Below the pieces are notes generated by a model, which ran no database searches, was not told the origin of the DNA, and was given only the letters and a program-made list of their open reading frames with translations. A stretch of 64,000 nt of DNA from Clostridia bacterium (GTDB lineage Bacteria; Bacillota; Clostridia; Oscillospirales; CAG-272). The stretch spans positions 47,923 through 111,922 of the forward strand of contig JAFVVP010000004.1 of assembly GCA_017502135.1 (NCBI GenBank), written 5' to 3'. The number at the start of each line of letters is the position of its first letter. Position 1 is the stretch's first letter. A program made the position numbers and the translations under genes. Positions 46,204-56,271 of this stretch are shown here, piece after piece.

Positions 46204-47472
46204 TTACGACAGCATAATTTTTATGATCTCTGCATCGGTTTTTCGCATACCCTCGGCGGCGAGACGGCTGACGTTTTGAATGGTGTTTTCCACACCCTTG
46301 CTGACAATGCCGTCTCCGCCCACGAACTGGCTGCCTTCTCTAAACATCTGCATGCCGAGGATGCCTGCATCTACCGCAGACACGATCTTTGCGGCACAGC
46401 TGGCCTTCGCACCGTCGCAGATGACACCCGAATTAATAGCGAGTGCATTAACTATTGTGTGGGCGATCTCGCGGAATTTGCCGCCGTACAGATACGTTAT
46501 GCCGGCGGCCGCACCGCAGCCTGCACTGATGACGCCGCAATAGGCGCTCAGTGGGCCGATGCCGCTCTTCAGATGGAGCGTTACCAGATTCGATACGGCA
46601 AGTGCTCGGTATAACCGTTCTTCGGATGCCCCCAGCTCGCGTGCGTAGATCACAACAGGCACCGAAGCGGTAATCCCTTGATTGCCGGAGCCGGAATTGA
46701 TAACGACTGGCTTTTCGCATCCGCCCATACGCGCGTCCGAGGCGGCTGCCGCGTAGGCTTTCGCGCGGGTAAGGACGTCATTTCCGTTTGCCTTGAGGAG
46801 CACTTGTCCGATGCGAGCGCCGTAGCTGTTTTTAAGTCCTTCCTCGGCGATGGCCATGTTGTAGGCAATCTGGCAATCAAAAATATCCTTTACGTCGGCA
46901 GCTTCAAGCATGTCGGCAAAGTCTATGATGCGTTCAACCGTTAAAAGCTCTTTGTCCTCCGATGACTCCGGTGCTTGATTTTTCGGCGTGCGGCTGTAAA
47001 CAGTTTCTCCGTCCCGTGAGATAGAGACGATGTTGGTGTGATTCCCTGCTATTCGGCATGATGCCGTGTGTCCGCCTTTCGTAAGGGAAATGAAAATATC
47101 AAAGAGCGCACCTGATTCCGACTCCTGCACCGTGAAGGCGGCGCTGTTCAAATATGCGGTGATCTGTGCGCGGTTTTCATCGGTAACCTCGCTTATGACC
47201 AAAAGCTGACGGGCAGGGTCGCCTGCGATGATGCCGGCCGCGGCTGCAGCCTCAAGCCCGCGCAGGCCTCCCGTGTTGGGCACGACCACGCTTTTTACGT
47301 TTTTGATTATGTTGGCGCTGACGCAGATATCCACCGTGTCGGGAAGACAGCCAAGTTCCCGTGCGGCCGCCGCTGCGGCGTAAGCCACGGCAATGGGCTC
47401 CGTGCATCCCATAGCGGGCACAAGTTCCCGCTTCAAAAGGCGAACGTAGGCTTCGTAAATATGTTCTTCCAT
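46204..47472 (-). CDS. L-cysteine desulfidase / serine dehydratase alpha family Fe-S protein (CdsB/CyuA-like)
   Basis: PAMGCTEP, SDARMGGC, SGSGNQG, SAYCG, CDGAKASC. Confidence 0.88.
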   Translation of the reverse strand: MEEHIYEAYVRLLKRELVPAMGCTEPIAVAYAAAAAARELGCLPDTVDICVSANIIKNVKSVVVPNTGGLRGLEAAAAAGIIAGDPARQLLVISEVTDENRAQITAYLNSAAFTVQESESGALFDIFISLTKGGHTASCRIAGNHTNIVSISRDGETVYSRTPKNQAPESSEDKELLTVERIIDFADMLEAADVKDIFDCQIAYNMAIAEEGLKNSYGARIGQVLLKANGNDVLTRAKAYAAAASDARMGGCEKPVVINSGSGNQGITASVPVVIYARELGASEERLYRALAVSNLVTLHLKSGIGPLSAYCGVISAGCGAAAGITYLYGGKFREIAHTIVNALAINSGVICDGAKASCAAKIVSAVDAGILGMQMFREGSQFVGGDGIVSKGVENTIQNVSRLAAEGMRKTDAEIIKIMLS

Positions 47473-47538
47473 ATATTTACCTCGCGTGTGATCTTTATCA
47501 TAATTATATCAGAGAACCATGTTTTTTGCAAGAACATA

Positions 47539-47576
47539 TTGACATGCGTCCACACTCATGGTATACTTGTATACAA
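47539..47576 (+). promoter_or_regulatory. sigmaA promoter with adjacent GntR/FadR-type operator
   Basis: TTGACA-17-TATACT immediately followed by the palindrome TTGTATACAA; a GntR gene lies in the operon. Confidence 0.7.
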
Positions 47577-47619
47577 TAAAAACAACTCGCAGAAATTCAT
47601 CCAAAAAGGAGAGCGAAGA

Positions 47620-48996
47620 ATGATCGAAATTTCGGAAAAAACAAACCTGCTGGAGCAAAAGAATTACCGTTATCAGCTGCAGGATGTCGCATCACCGAAT
47701 CTGTATCGCGAGGTTTATCCGTACGACGAGGTGCCGAAGATCACCTTCAACCACCGCCGCGTACCTCTTTCTATGCCGCGTGAGATATGGATCACGGACA
47801 CCACTATGCGTGATGGTCAGCAGTCGGTTGAGCCGTATACCGTAAAGCAGATTGTTGATCTGTATAAGCTTCTCTCGCGGCTCAGCGGCCCTAAGGGCAT
47901 CATTCGCCAGAGCGAGTTCTTCGTTTACAGTAAAAAGGATATCGAGGCGCTCGAAGCGTGCCGCGATCTTGGACTCAAGTTTCCAGAGATCACAACTTGG
48001 ATCCGCGCCAGCCGCGAAGACTTCAAACTGGTAAAGAGCCTCAATATCAAGGAAACGGGTATTCTCGTCAGTTCTTCGGATTACCACATCTTTAAAAAGA
48101 TGAAAATGACGCGCCGTGAGGCGATGAATTTCTATCTCCAAACGGTGTCGGATGCATTCGAAGCGGGCGTTGTGCCGCGCTGTCATCTGGAGGATATCAC
48201 GCGCGCCGATTTCTACGGCTTCGTCGTTCCGTTTGTCAATGAACTTATGAAGATGAGCCGCGATGCCGGTATCCCCGTGAAGATCCGCGCCTGCGATACG
48301 ATGGGATACGGTGTGCCGTATACGGAGGTTGCGCTTCCTCGAAGCGTCCCCGGCATCATTTACGGTCTTCAGCATTATTCCGACGTGCCGAGCGAACAGC
48401 TTGAGTGGCACGGTCATAACGATTTCTATAAGGCGGTTTCCAACGCGTCGGCCGCTTGGCTGTACGGCGCATCTGCCGTCAACTGTTCACTTCTCGGTAT
48501 CGGTGAGCGAACGGGCAATATTCCGATCGAGGCGATGGTATTCGAGTATGCGTCCCTTCGCGGTACGCTCGACGGCATGGATCCGACGGCGATCACCGAT
48601 ATTGCGAACTATTTCCACGAGGAGATCGGTTACAACTTACCGCCTATGACGCCGTTCGTAGGACGCAACTTCAACGTGACACGTGCCGGTATTCATGCGG
48701 ACGGTCTTATGAAGGACGAGGAAATCTACAACATTTTTGATACCAAAACGATTTTGAACCGTGACCCGAGTGTTATGATCACGAAGACGTCGGGACTCGC
48801 CGGCATCGCTTACTGGATCAATACCACCTACCGCCTCACGGATGCGGATAAGGTCGACAAGCGAGATCCGCTCGTCGTAGCTATGAAGGAGTGGGTGGAT
48901 AAAGAGTACGAGGACGGACGTCTTACGATCCTTTCGAACCAGGAACTGGAAGAAAAGATCGCTGAGCTCTCGGGCGGACGCTTGGTCATGCACTGA
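47620..48996 (+). CDS. Re-citrate synthase (isopropylmalate/homocitrate synthase superfamily)
   Basis: DVASPNLYR, ITDTTMRDGQQ, HLEDITRAD, HGHND, GERTGN; operon with aconitase and IDH. Confidence 0.85.
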   Translation: MIEISEKTNLLEQKNYRYQLQDVASPNLYREVYPYDEVPKITFNHRRVPLSMPREIWITDTTMRDGQQSVEPYTVKQIVDLYKLLSRLSGPKGIIRQSEFFVYSKKDIEALEACRDLGLKFPEITTWIRASREDFKLVKSLNIKETGILVSSSDYHIFKKMKMTRREAMNFYLQTVSDAFEAGVVPRCHLEDITRADFYGFVVPFVNELMKMSRDAGIPVKIRACDTMGYGVPYTEVALPRSVPGIIYGLQHYSDVPSEQLEWHGHNDFYKAVSNASAAWLYGASAVNCSLLGIGERTGNIPIEAMVFEYASLRGTLDGMDPTAITDIANYFHEEIGYNLPPMTPFVGRNFNVTRAGIHADGLMKDEEIYNIFDTKTILNRDPSVMITKTSGLAGIAYWINTTYRLTDADKVDKRDPLVVAMKEWVDKEYEDGRLTILSNQELEEKIAELSGGRLVMH

Positions 48997-49017
48997 TCGG
49001 GAAGGACGGAATATTGT

Positions 49018-49680
49018 ATGAACGCAAATAATAAGAGCACTACCCGCGCCGATCTGGTGTTTGAAGCACTGGAGGGGGATATTCTCAGCGGAAAGTATCA
49101 GCCCGGAGATCTTCTCACCGAAGTGAAACTGTGCGAGCGGATGGGCGTGAGCCGAACGCCCGTACGAGAGGCGCTACACCGCCTCATGCAGGAGGGCCTC
49201 GTCCGCGAAACGACGCACGGCATGGTTGTGCGCGGTGTTACGTATCAGGACCTTATAGATATTTACGAGATCCGTCAGCGCATCGAAGGATACGCTACCA
49301 GACTGTGCGCTGAACGTATTACCGACGAGCAGCTCCGTGAACTCCGTGAGGTCGTTGAATTGCAGGACTTCTACACGGCGCGCGGCGGTGCCGCCCATAT
49401 AAGAGATACGGATACGCTCTTTCACGAATTCCTTTATCGTTATTGCGGCAGCGAGATACTGGGCACTATGCTGAGTGAACTGCACCGTAAAGTACAGCGC
49501 TTCAGAAAATCGTCGGTGGAAAATCCCGATCGTGCGCGTGTTGCCGTCAAGGAGCACGCGGATATTCTCCGTGCACTTGAAGAGCATAACGGAGATGAAG
49601 CGGAGCGCTTGGCCATCCTCCATATAGAAAATGCCAAGGGCGGCATCGTACCCGTAACAGCCGCTACTCTACATAAATAA
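49018..49680 (+). CDS. GntR (FadR/FCD) transcriptional regulator
   Basis: GVSRTPVREAL, FH...EH...H FCD domain. Confidence 0.93.
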   Translation: MNANNKSTTRADLVFEALEGDILSGKYQPGDLLTEVKLCERMGVSRTPVREALHRLMQEGLVRETTHGMVVRGVTYQDLIDIYEIRQRIEGYATRLCAERITDEQLRELREVVELQDFYTARGGAAHIRDTDTLFHEFLYRYCGSEILGTMLSELHRKVQRFRKSSVENPDRARVAVKEHADILRALEEHNGDEAERLAILHIENAKGGIVPVTAATLHK

Positions 49681-49698
49681 TCACGAAAGTGTGAAACA

Positions 49699-51624
49699 AT
49701 GGGACTTACGATTGCACAAAAAATTATCAAAGAGCATTTGATTGAGGGTGAAATGGTCGCCGGGCAGGAGATTGCTCTCAAAATCGATCAAACGCTGACG
49801 CAGGACGCAACAGGCACGATGGCGTATCTTGAATTTGAGGCTATCGGAATTTCGCGTGTTAAAACGGAACTCAGCGTTGCCTATATCGACCACAATACAC
49901 TTCAGTCCGGCTTCGAAAATGCCGACGACCACCGCTACATTCAATCCGTTGCAAGAAAGCACGGTATCCGCTTCTCCCGCCCTGGTAACGGTATCTGCCA
50001 TCAGGTGCATCTTGAGCGCTTCGGTAAGCCGGGCAAGACGCTCATTGGCTCCGATAGCCACACGCCCACGGGCGGCGGCATCGGCATGCTGGCGTTCGGC
50101 GCGGGCGGTATGGACGTGGCTGTTGCCATGGGCGGCGGTGTATATCACATCACCATGCCCAAAATGATCAAGGTGAACTTGACTGGCAAACTCTCTCCGT
50201 GGGTGAGCGCGAAGGACGTAAGTCTGGAAATCCTGCGCATCCTCTCCGTCAAGGGCGGTGTCGGCTATATTATCGAGTGGGGCGGCGAAGGCGTCAAGAC
50301 GCTGTCCGTACCCGAACGAGCCACTATCACCAACATGGGTACCGAACTTGGCGCCACGACCTCCATTTTTCCGTCTGACGAGGCGACGAGAGCATTCCTT
50401 GCCGCCGAAGGCAGGGAAGAGGATTATACCCCCCTCGAGAGCGATCCCGATGCCGTATACGACCGCGTGATTGATATTGACCTTTCCTCGCTTGAGCCGC
50501 TTTTGGCTTGCCCGCACAGCCCTGATAATATCAAAAAAGCAAGCGAGCTTTCCGATATGAAGGTAGATCAGGTGTGCATCGGCTCGTGCACCAATTCGTC
50601 TCTCCGTGATATGCTGCGCGTTGCCGCGATTCTGAAGGGAAAGAAGATCCACGATTCCGTCAGTCTTTCCATCTCTCCCGGATCAAAGCAGGTGCTTTCT
50701 ATGCTCGCCGACTGCGGTGCTCTTACCGACATGATTGCCGCAGGCGCACGCATTCTCGAGTGCGCGTGCGGTCCTTGCATCGGCATGGGCTTCTCGCCGC
50801 ATTCCGCCGGTGTGTCCCTCAGAACCTTTAACCGCAATTTTGAGGGAAGAAGCGGCACCAAAGACGCGCAAGTCTATCTGGTTTCGCCCGAGATTGCCGC
50901 CGCATCGTCGCTCACGGGATACATCACTGATCCGAGAATGCTTGGCGATTATCCCGAGATTACCGTACCCGATGCTTTCAAGATCAACGACACAGCCGTC
51001 CTTATGCCCGCAGACGAGAACGAGGCGGCGGACGTCGAGGTCGTGCGCGGGCCGAACATCAAACCGCTCCCCGATGCCCGTCCGCTCACGGACACGATCA
51101 CGGCTCCCTTGACCCTTAAGGTTGGCGACAACATCACCACCGATCATATCATGCCCGCCGGTGCGAAGATTCTGCCGTACCGCTCCAATATTCCATATCT
51201 GTCAAAATTCTGCTTTTCCGTGTGCGATGAGAACTTTGCAGAGCGTGCTCTTTTGGCAGGTAACTCAATCATCGTCGGCGGATCCAACTACGGCCAGGGC
51301 TCATCGCGTGAACACGCCGCGCTCGTTCCGCTTTATCTGGGTGTCCGTATTGTCGTAGCAAAGAGCTTTGCACGTATCCACGTGGCAAATCTCATAAACA
51401 CCGGTATTCTGCCACTCACTTTCCAAAACCCCGACGACTATGAGAAACTCACCGAGGGCGATGAGCTTGAACTCTGTGGCCTTACAGAGGCGATAAAGAC
51501 GGGCGAAGTTACGCTCACGGATAAGACGAACGGCGAGAAAATTCCGCTCACGTGCGACTTCTCCGAGCGGCAGATCGATATGCTCCTCGCCGGCGGCCTT
51601 CTGAAATACACAGCCGGTAAATAA
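49699..51624 (+). CDS. acn: Aconitate hydratase
   Basis: QDATG, GSDSHT, IGSCTN, CGPCIG, NRNF, GSSREHA. Confidence 0.95.
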   Translation: MGLTIAQKIIKEHLIEGEMVAGQEIALKIDQTLTQDATGTMAYLEFEAIGISRVKTELSVAYIDHNTLQSGFENADDHRYIQSVARKHGIRFSRPGNGICHQVHLERFGKPGKTLIGSDSHTPTGGGIGMLAFGAGGMDVAVAMGGGVYHITMPKMIKVNLTGKLSPWVSAKDVSLEILRILSVKGGVGYIIEWGGEGVKTLSVPERATITNMGTELGATTSIFPSDEATRAFLAAEGREEDYTPLESDPDAVYDRVIDIDLSSLEPLLACPHSPDNIKKASELSDMKVDQVCIGSCTNSSLRDMLRVAAILKGKKIHDSVSLSISPGSKQVLSMLADCGALTDMIAAGARILECACGPCIGMGFSPHSAGVSLRTFNRNFEGRSGTKDAQVYLVSPEIAAASSLTGYITDPRMLGDYPEITVPDAFKINDTAVLMPADENEAADVEVVRGPNIKPLPDARPLTDTITAPLTLKVGDNITTDHIMPAGAKILPYRSNIPYLSKFCFSVCDENFAERALLAGNSIIVGGSNYGQGSSREHAALVPLYLGVRIVVAKSFARIHVANLINTGILPLTFQNPDDYEKLTEGDELELCGLTEAIKTGEVTLTDKTNGEKIPLTCDFSERQIDMLLAGGLLKYTAGK

Positions 51625-51642
51625 GAAAGAGACGGAACGAAC

Positions 51643-52842
51643 ATGCAAAAAATTCAAATGAAAACACCGCTCGTCGAGATGGACGGCGACGAAATGACGC
51701 GAATCCTTTGGAAGCAAATCAAGGACGAACTGATTCTGCCTTTCGTGGATCTGAAGACCGAATACTATGATCTCGGCCTGCCCGAGCGCGAGCGCACGAA
51801 GGATCAGGTAACGATCGACGCTGCAAACGCCAACAAAAAATACGGTGTTGCCGTTAAATGTGCCACCATCACGCCCAACAAACAGCGCGTGGAGGAGTAT
51901 AACCTCACCGAGATGTGGAAGAGCCCGAACGGCACGATCCGTGCTGTCCTTGACGGAACGGTGTTCCGTACGCCTATCCTCATAGACAGTATCAAACCCG
52001 CCGTCCGTAACTGGAAGCGTCCGATCACGATCGCGCGCCACGCGTACGGCGACGTTTACAAGTCCACCGAGTACCGCGTGCCGGGAGAGGGAAAAGCGGA
52101 ACTTATGTTCACCGCCAAGGACGGAACCCGGTACCGTCAGACGATCTACGATTTTGAGTGCAGCGGCGTTCTTCAGGGTCAGTACAACAAGGACACCTCT
52201 ATCCGTTCGTTTGCACATTCGTGCTTTCAATATGCGATCAATACGAAGCAGGATCTGTGGTTCTCGACGAAGGACACGATCTCCAAGCAGTACGACCAAA
52301 CCTTCAAACTCATCTTTGAGGAGATTTATGAAAGCGAGTACAAGGACGAGTTCGGAAAACTCGGCATCGAGTATTTTTACACGCTGATCGACGATGCGGT
52401 AGCCCGCGTTATTCGCAGTGAGGGCGGTTTCATCTGGGCGTGCAAGAACTACGACGGTGACGTCATGAGCGATATGGTCTCGACGGCGTTCGGCTCGCTC
52501 GCTATGATGACCTCCGTTTTGGTATCTCCCGACGGGAACTACGAGTACGAAGCGGCGCACGGCACGGTTACGCGTCACTATTACCGTTATCTCAAGGGTG
52601 AGGAGACATCGACCAACCCCATGGCGACGATCTTTGCCTGGACGGGCGCACTCCGCAAGAGAGGTGAACTGGACGGACTTTCCGATCTCAGGGCTTTTGC
52701 GGATAAACTCGAAGCCGCCTGCATTAAAACGCTTGACGACGGCATCATGACGAAGGACCTCGCCGGACTCGTCGACGATACGGCGAAGGTGAAAGCGGTC
52801 AACAGCCTTGCATTTTTGAAGGCGATCAGAGACAGAATGTGA
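51643..52842 (+). CDS. icd: NADP-dependent isocitrate dehydrogenase
   Basis: [29 protein letters not shown]. Confidence 0.96.
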   Translation: MQKIQMKTPLVEMDGDEMTRILWKQIKDELILPFVDLKTEYYDLGLPERERTKDQVTIDAANANKKYGVAVKCATITPNKQRVEEYNLTEMWKSPNGTIRAVLDGTVFRTPILIDSIKPAVRNWKRPITIARHAYGDVYKSTEYRVPGEGKAELMFTAKDGTRYRQTIYDFECSGVLQGQYNKDTSIRSFAHSCFQYAINTKQDLWFSTKDTISKQYDQTFKLIFEEIYESEYKDEFGKLGIEYFYTLIDDAVARVIRSEGGFIWACKNYDGDVMSDMVSTAFGSLAMMTSVLVSPDGNYEYEAAHGTVTRHYYRYLKGEETSTNPMATIFAWTGALRKRGELDGLSDLRAFADKLEAACIKTLDDGIMTKDLAGLVDDTAKVKAVNSLAFLKAIRDRM

Positions 52843-52874
52843 TTACCATGCTTTCACACAATAAAAGGATAAAA

Positions 52875-52910
52875 GGAAATGCCCGCGTCTTAGGCGCGGG
52901 TGTTTTCTTG
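52875..52910 (+). terminator. Rho-independent terminator
   Basis: TGCCCGCGTC-TTA-GGCGCGGGTG followed by TTTTCTT. Confidence 0.7.
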
Positions 52911-53015
52911 TTCTTGTAATTTTATGAAATATGTGCTACAATAATATGGAAAAGATGATCGTGATGTGTCTTTTTAATGGAAGATTACTCTGGTCAAAAA
53001 ACGGGGGGATTTGTA

Positions 53016-54842
53016 ATGCAGAAGAAACGCTTTTTTGGTGCCGTGGAATGGACACTTTTGATTGGTGCCATCGGTGCTTCCATACTCCTTTTGTCATACA
53101 TTACGCTTTACAGTGATGACTACCAGTATGCTACTTATTTTTACGGCGGCCTGCGTGGCTTTTGGGACAAGACGGTTGAACACTATCTTACCGTGAACGG
53201 CCGTGCTTTGATCCACTTTTTTGCTGAAGTCTTTTTGATTTTCGGCACAAAGCTCTACGCGATCGTTTTTCCTTTTATGATGGCGTTTTCATTTTTTCTT
53301 GCACACAAAGTGCAGAATGAAAATACGCGCCAATTTTCCCCACTGGCTGTAGCTGTGCCCCTATGTCTTTTCCTTGCCTTGCCCGTCGTTTATCTCAATC
53401 AAACTTTTCTTTGGATTGCGGGCTCCTTTAACTACTGCTTCCCGGCTTTACTCGTGTTTGCTTATTTTGCCGCCGAGCAGCGCGCTGTCGCGGGGCGGGG
53501 CATTTGGCTTTCTTGCCTTTTGGGCTTTTTCGCAGGTGCCACCACGGAGCAAAACGGTCTTATGGCGCTCGTCGGCGGATCTCTGATCGCAATTATCGGT
53601 ATTCTTCGGGCGCCGCGTAAAAAACGCCCTTTTCGATCTCTTTGTTCCGTTTTGTTTGTTCTTGCGGGTTATCTCTCTGTTATGCTTTCCCCCGGCACGT
53701 TCAGCCGTGTTTCTTTCGACGGGGAGGACGTTGGACTCTTATCGGTTATCTTAAATCCCGGGCTTCTTGCCCGTCGCTTTTATTCTGTCATGGCGTATTT
53801 CTGCGGGACAGATCGATCTATGCCCGGCGCTACCTTTCTGTTAACAGTCCTGATTCTCCTTTTGAGCTTCCTGCCGATCATTTGTGGCTCAAAAAGACTT
53901 CGCCCGCTTTTAATCGGTCTTCCCGTTGCCGCGTCTTATCTTATGCTTTTGTTTTTCGGTAACGGCAAACTGACGGCAGGTATTCTGCAGCTCATCGTGT
54001 GCGGATACCTTGCTTTTGCAGGTATCCTTCTTCTCTTTGAGCGCGAGTTTTCAACGAGCGGCGTGTTCCTTATAGCAGGTCTTGCATCCATCGGGATAAT
54101 GGTTTTCACCAATCTCGGTGCATACCGCACCGTCGTCCCCACGCTCATTATGCTGATTGCCGTGATCGTGCGCTTGTGCGAGGTTTATTTTGAGCGCGTA
54201 CCGCAACTTTGGCGGGTAGTGATCGGTGTAGTTGTGATCATGCTTTGTGCATTGGCGGCTTTGCCCACTTTCCGAGGTTATCGAGTCAACAGTGTCGTCG
54301 CCGAACAAAACGAGGCGGCCATTGCTGAAGGGCTTAAAACGGGAGAAATCACCCTTTGCACGGATTATCTTGACACCTACCGTCATACCTTGATGTTTGA
54401 AGGCGGCTATTTCTTCACCCAATTCCGCCTTTGTTACGGTATTCCATCCGATATGCCTGTTCACCTTGAGGGGGAGCATTTCGCACATTGGCCTGTCGTA
54501 ATGGATGAAATCACTTTCCGTAATCACGCTATGATGACCAATTCTGTTCTGTATCTTCCTATGCGAGAGCTCATCGAGTTTTACGGTGCCTCGTTCGTGT
54601 GGGATTTTGAACGCGGAACTGGATTCTATATAAACCGCGGCGGTGAGCAGTATTATCTTTCAAGGATTGATAACACGATCAAAAGGCTTTCGGACGGTGA
54701 AGTAGTAACGGATGAGTGTTACACAATAGGCGTGACCGATCGCGACTATATGGAAATCCACGCAGCAGCCGATTTCTTCGGATTCACGTACACGTTCGAT
54801 TGGCAGACCGTTACCGTTTTTCCGGAAGTGATAAACGAATAA
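53016..54842 (+). CDS. Multi-TM protein (DUF6056/GT-C-like) with a C-terminal extracellular domain
   Basis: SDDYQY, NGR, FLWIAGSFNY, TTEQ, SPG motifs; C-terminal YLPMRELIEFYGA stalk-like motif. Confidence 0.6.
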   Translation: MQKKRFFGAVEWTLLIGAIGASILLLSYITLYSDDYQYATYFYGGLRGFWDKTVEHYLTVNGRALIHFFAEVFLIFGTKLYAIVFPFMMAFSFFLAHKVQNENTRQFSPLAVAVPLCLFLALPVVYLNQTFLWIAGSFNYCFPALLVFAYFAAEQRAVAGRGIWLSCLLGFFAGATTEQNGLMALVGGSLIAIIGILRAPRKKRPFRSLCSVLFVLAGYLSVMLSPGTFSRVSFDGEDVGLLSVILNPGLLARRFYSVMAYFCGTDRSMPGATFLLTVLILLLSFLPIICGSKRLRPLLIGLPVAASYLMLLFFGNGKLTAGILQLIVCGYLAFAGILLLFEREFSTSGVFLIAGLASIGIMVFTNLGAYRTVVPTLIMLIAVIVRLCEVYFERVPQLWRVVIGVVVIMLCALAALPTFRGYRVNSVVAEQNEAAIAEGLKTGEITLCTDYLDTYRHTLMFEGGYFFTQFRLCYGIPSDMPVHLEGEHFAHWPVVMDEITFRNHAMMTNSVLYLPMRELIEFYGASFVWDFERGTGFYINRGGEQYYLSRIDNTIKRLSDGEVVTDECYTIGVTDRDYMEIHAAADFFGFTYTFDWQTVTVFPEVINE

Positions 54843-54864
54843 TGTTTTGTTTTAGTACAAAAAC

Positions 54865-54899
54865 AAAAGGCTCAGAATCTTATGATTCTGAGCCTTTTT
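54865..54899. terminator. Bidirectional terminator / palindromic repeat copy 2
   Basis: AAAAGGCTCAGAATC...GATTCTGAGCCTTTT. Confidence 0.8.
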
Positions 54900-54994
54900 G
54901 CGAGTAATGAATGCGTTAAAGGAGTTATGCGTCAGATCGCCGTTTCGTCAGTGCGATAGATCTGCTGTTTCCTATCAGAATGCAGGACAATCAA

Positions 54995-56257
54995 TTAAAA
55001 CAGAATAACAAGAAATTGAGAAACCAAAACAACCGCAACGAGCGCGATCGGATAGGTTGCTGCATAGGCAGAGGCAACGTCCTCCGTTTTTGCCACGTTG
55101 ATCAGGGTACCAAGCGCAGGAGTACTCGTCATACCGCCGGTGAGAGAACCGAGATTGTTGAGAAGACTCATCTTAAGGACATATTTCGCGAAGAAATAGC
55201 CGGCGATAAGCGGGATGCCGGTCATGATAACACCGTAAACGAAATACATAGGATCGAAGTTTGCGATGAATTCCGCGCCGCCGGGGATACCCGCACCGAC
55301 AAGGAAGAGTACCAATCCAAGTTCACGGAAGAGTTTCAAAGTTCCGATGCCGGGCATAAGATTGATGCGGCCGATTCTGCCGAAGTGTCCGAGAACAAGG
55401 CTCGTGAGAAGGCATCCGCCGGTTGTGGTGAGCGAAAAGCACGTACCCGAAAGGCCGGCCGAGGAGAGCGGTATCTTAATCTGACCGACAACTGTACCAA
55501 TGATGGCTGCAAGCGCGAATGCAGCAATGCCCATGTGGTCAATTTCAAACAGCCTCGTAATAACGGATTCTTTCGAGTCTTCTTTTTTTACGAGGAGAAG
55601 TTCTCTTTCTTTGTCCATATTCGCTTTTACCATTTTAGGAATCAGCTGAACGAAGAGAACGACACCCACAACGCCGAATATGTAAGCAATTCCGTGGCCT
55701 ACGGAAACAAGGCCTACGTACTCGGGGGCAACGGTTGCCTTTGCTGCCGCAAAAGCAGGCGTGGATGTAAGAGAGCCGGAGAGAAGTCCTACGATCATGG
55801 CTACAAAGCCATCCTGTTCGGTGATCGTCGCACCGTAGCCGAGTACTTCGCCGAGTCCTATGCAGCCGGCAGCGGCCGCGCCGCCCGCTAAGATAACGAT
55901 AAGACCGAGAAGAACGTAGGATTTGAAGTTTTTCTTGAAATTCCCGAAAAACTTCGGACCGGCTATAAAGCCAACGGATGTTACAAAGAGGATAAGACCG
56001 AGAGCTTCTATTAGCGAAAGACCGCTTGTAAAATCGTACGGCTTTGCGGATGCACTGAAATGCAGCGCACCTTCCGTATTTACTTGGAAAAACAGCGCGC
56101 CGAAAATAAGCGCTACGATAAATACACCGGCATCACCGAGGGAAATGCCCTTGATCGTAATTCTGCCGAGTGCGTAGCCGAGAAGAAGTACGGTAAATAC
56201 CACAAACAACAGGGTATAGATATTACTGATGGAAATAACACCGCCAAATAAACTCAT
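54995..56257 (-). CDS. Aspartate:alanine antiporter (AAE, YidE/SucE-like) family transporter without TrkA-C domains
   Basis: Duplicated GSLTSTPA / GGMTSTPAL, YAATYP, LGYALGRI. Confidence 0.85.
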   Translation of the reverse strand: MSLFGGVISISNIYTLLFVVFTVLLLGYALGRITIKGISLGDAGVFIVALIFGALFFQVNTEGALHFSASAKPYDFTSGLSLIEALGLILFVTSVGFIAGPKFFGNFKKNFKSYVLLGLIVILAGGAAAAGCIGLGEVLGYGATITEQDGFVAMIVGLLSGSLTSTPAFAAAKATVAPEYVGLVSVGHGIAYIFGVVGVVLFVQLIPKMVKANMDKERELLLVKKEDSKESVITRLFEIDHMGIAAFALAAIIGTVVGQIKIPLSSAGLSGTCFSLTTTGGCLLTSLVLGHFGRIGRINLMPGIGTLKLFRELGLVLFLVGAGIPGGAEFIANFDPMYFVYGVIMTGIPLIAGYFFAKYVLKMSLLNNLGSLTGGMTSTPALGTLINVAKTEDVASAYAATYPIALVAVVLVSQFLVILF

Positions 56258-56271
56258 TCTGTTATCCCTCC

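Noticed and set aside
47620-48996. 2-isopropylmalate synthase (leuA)
   Set aside because: No leu genes nearby; the operon with aconitase and IDH and the N-terminal PNLYR motif favour Re-citrate synthase.
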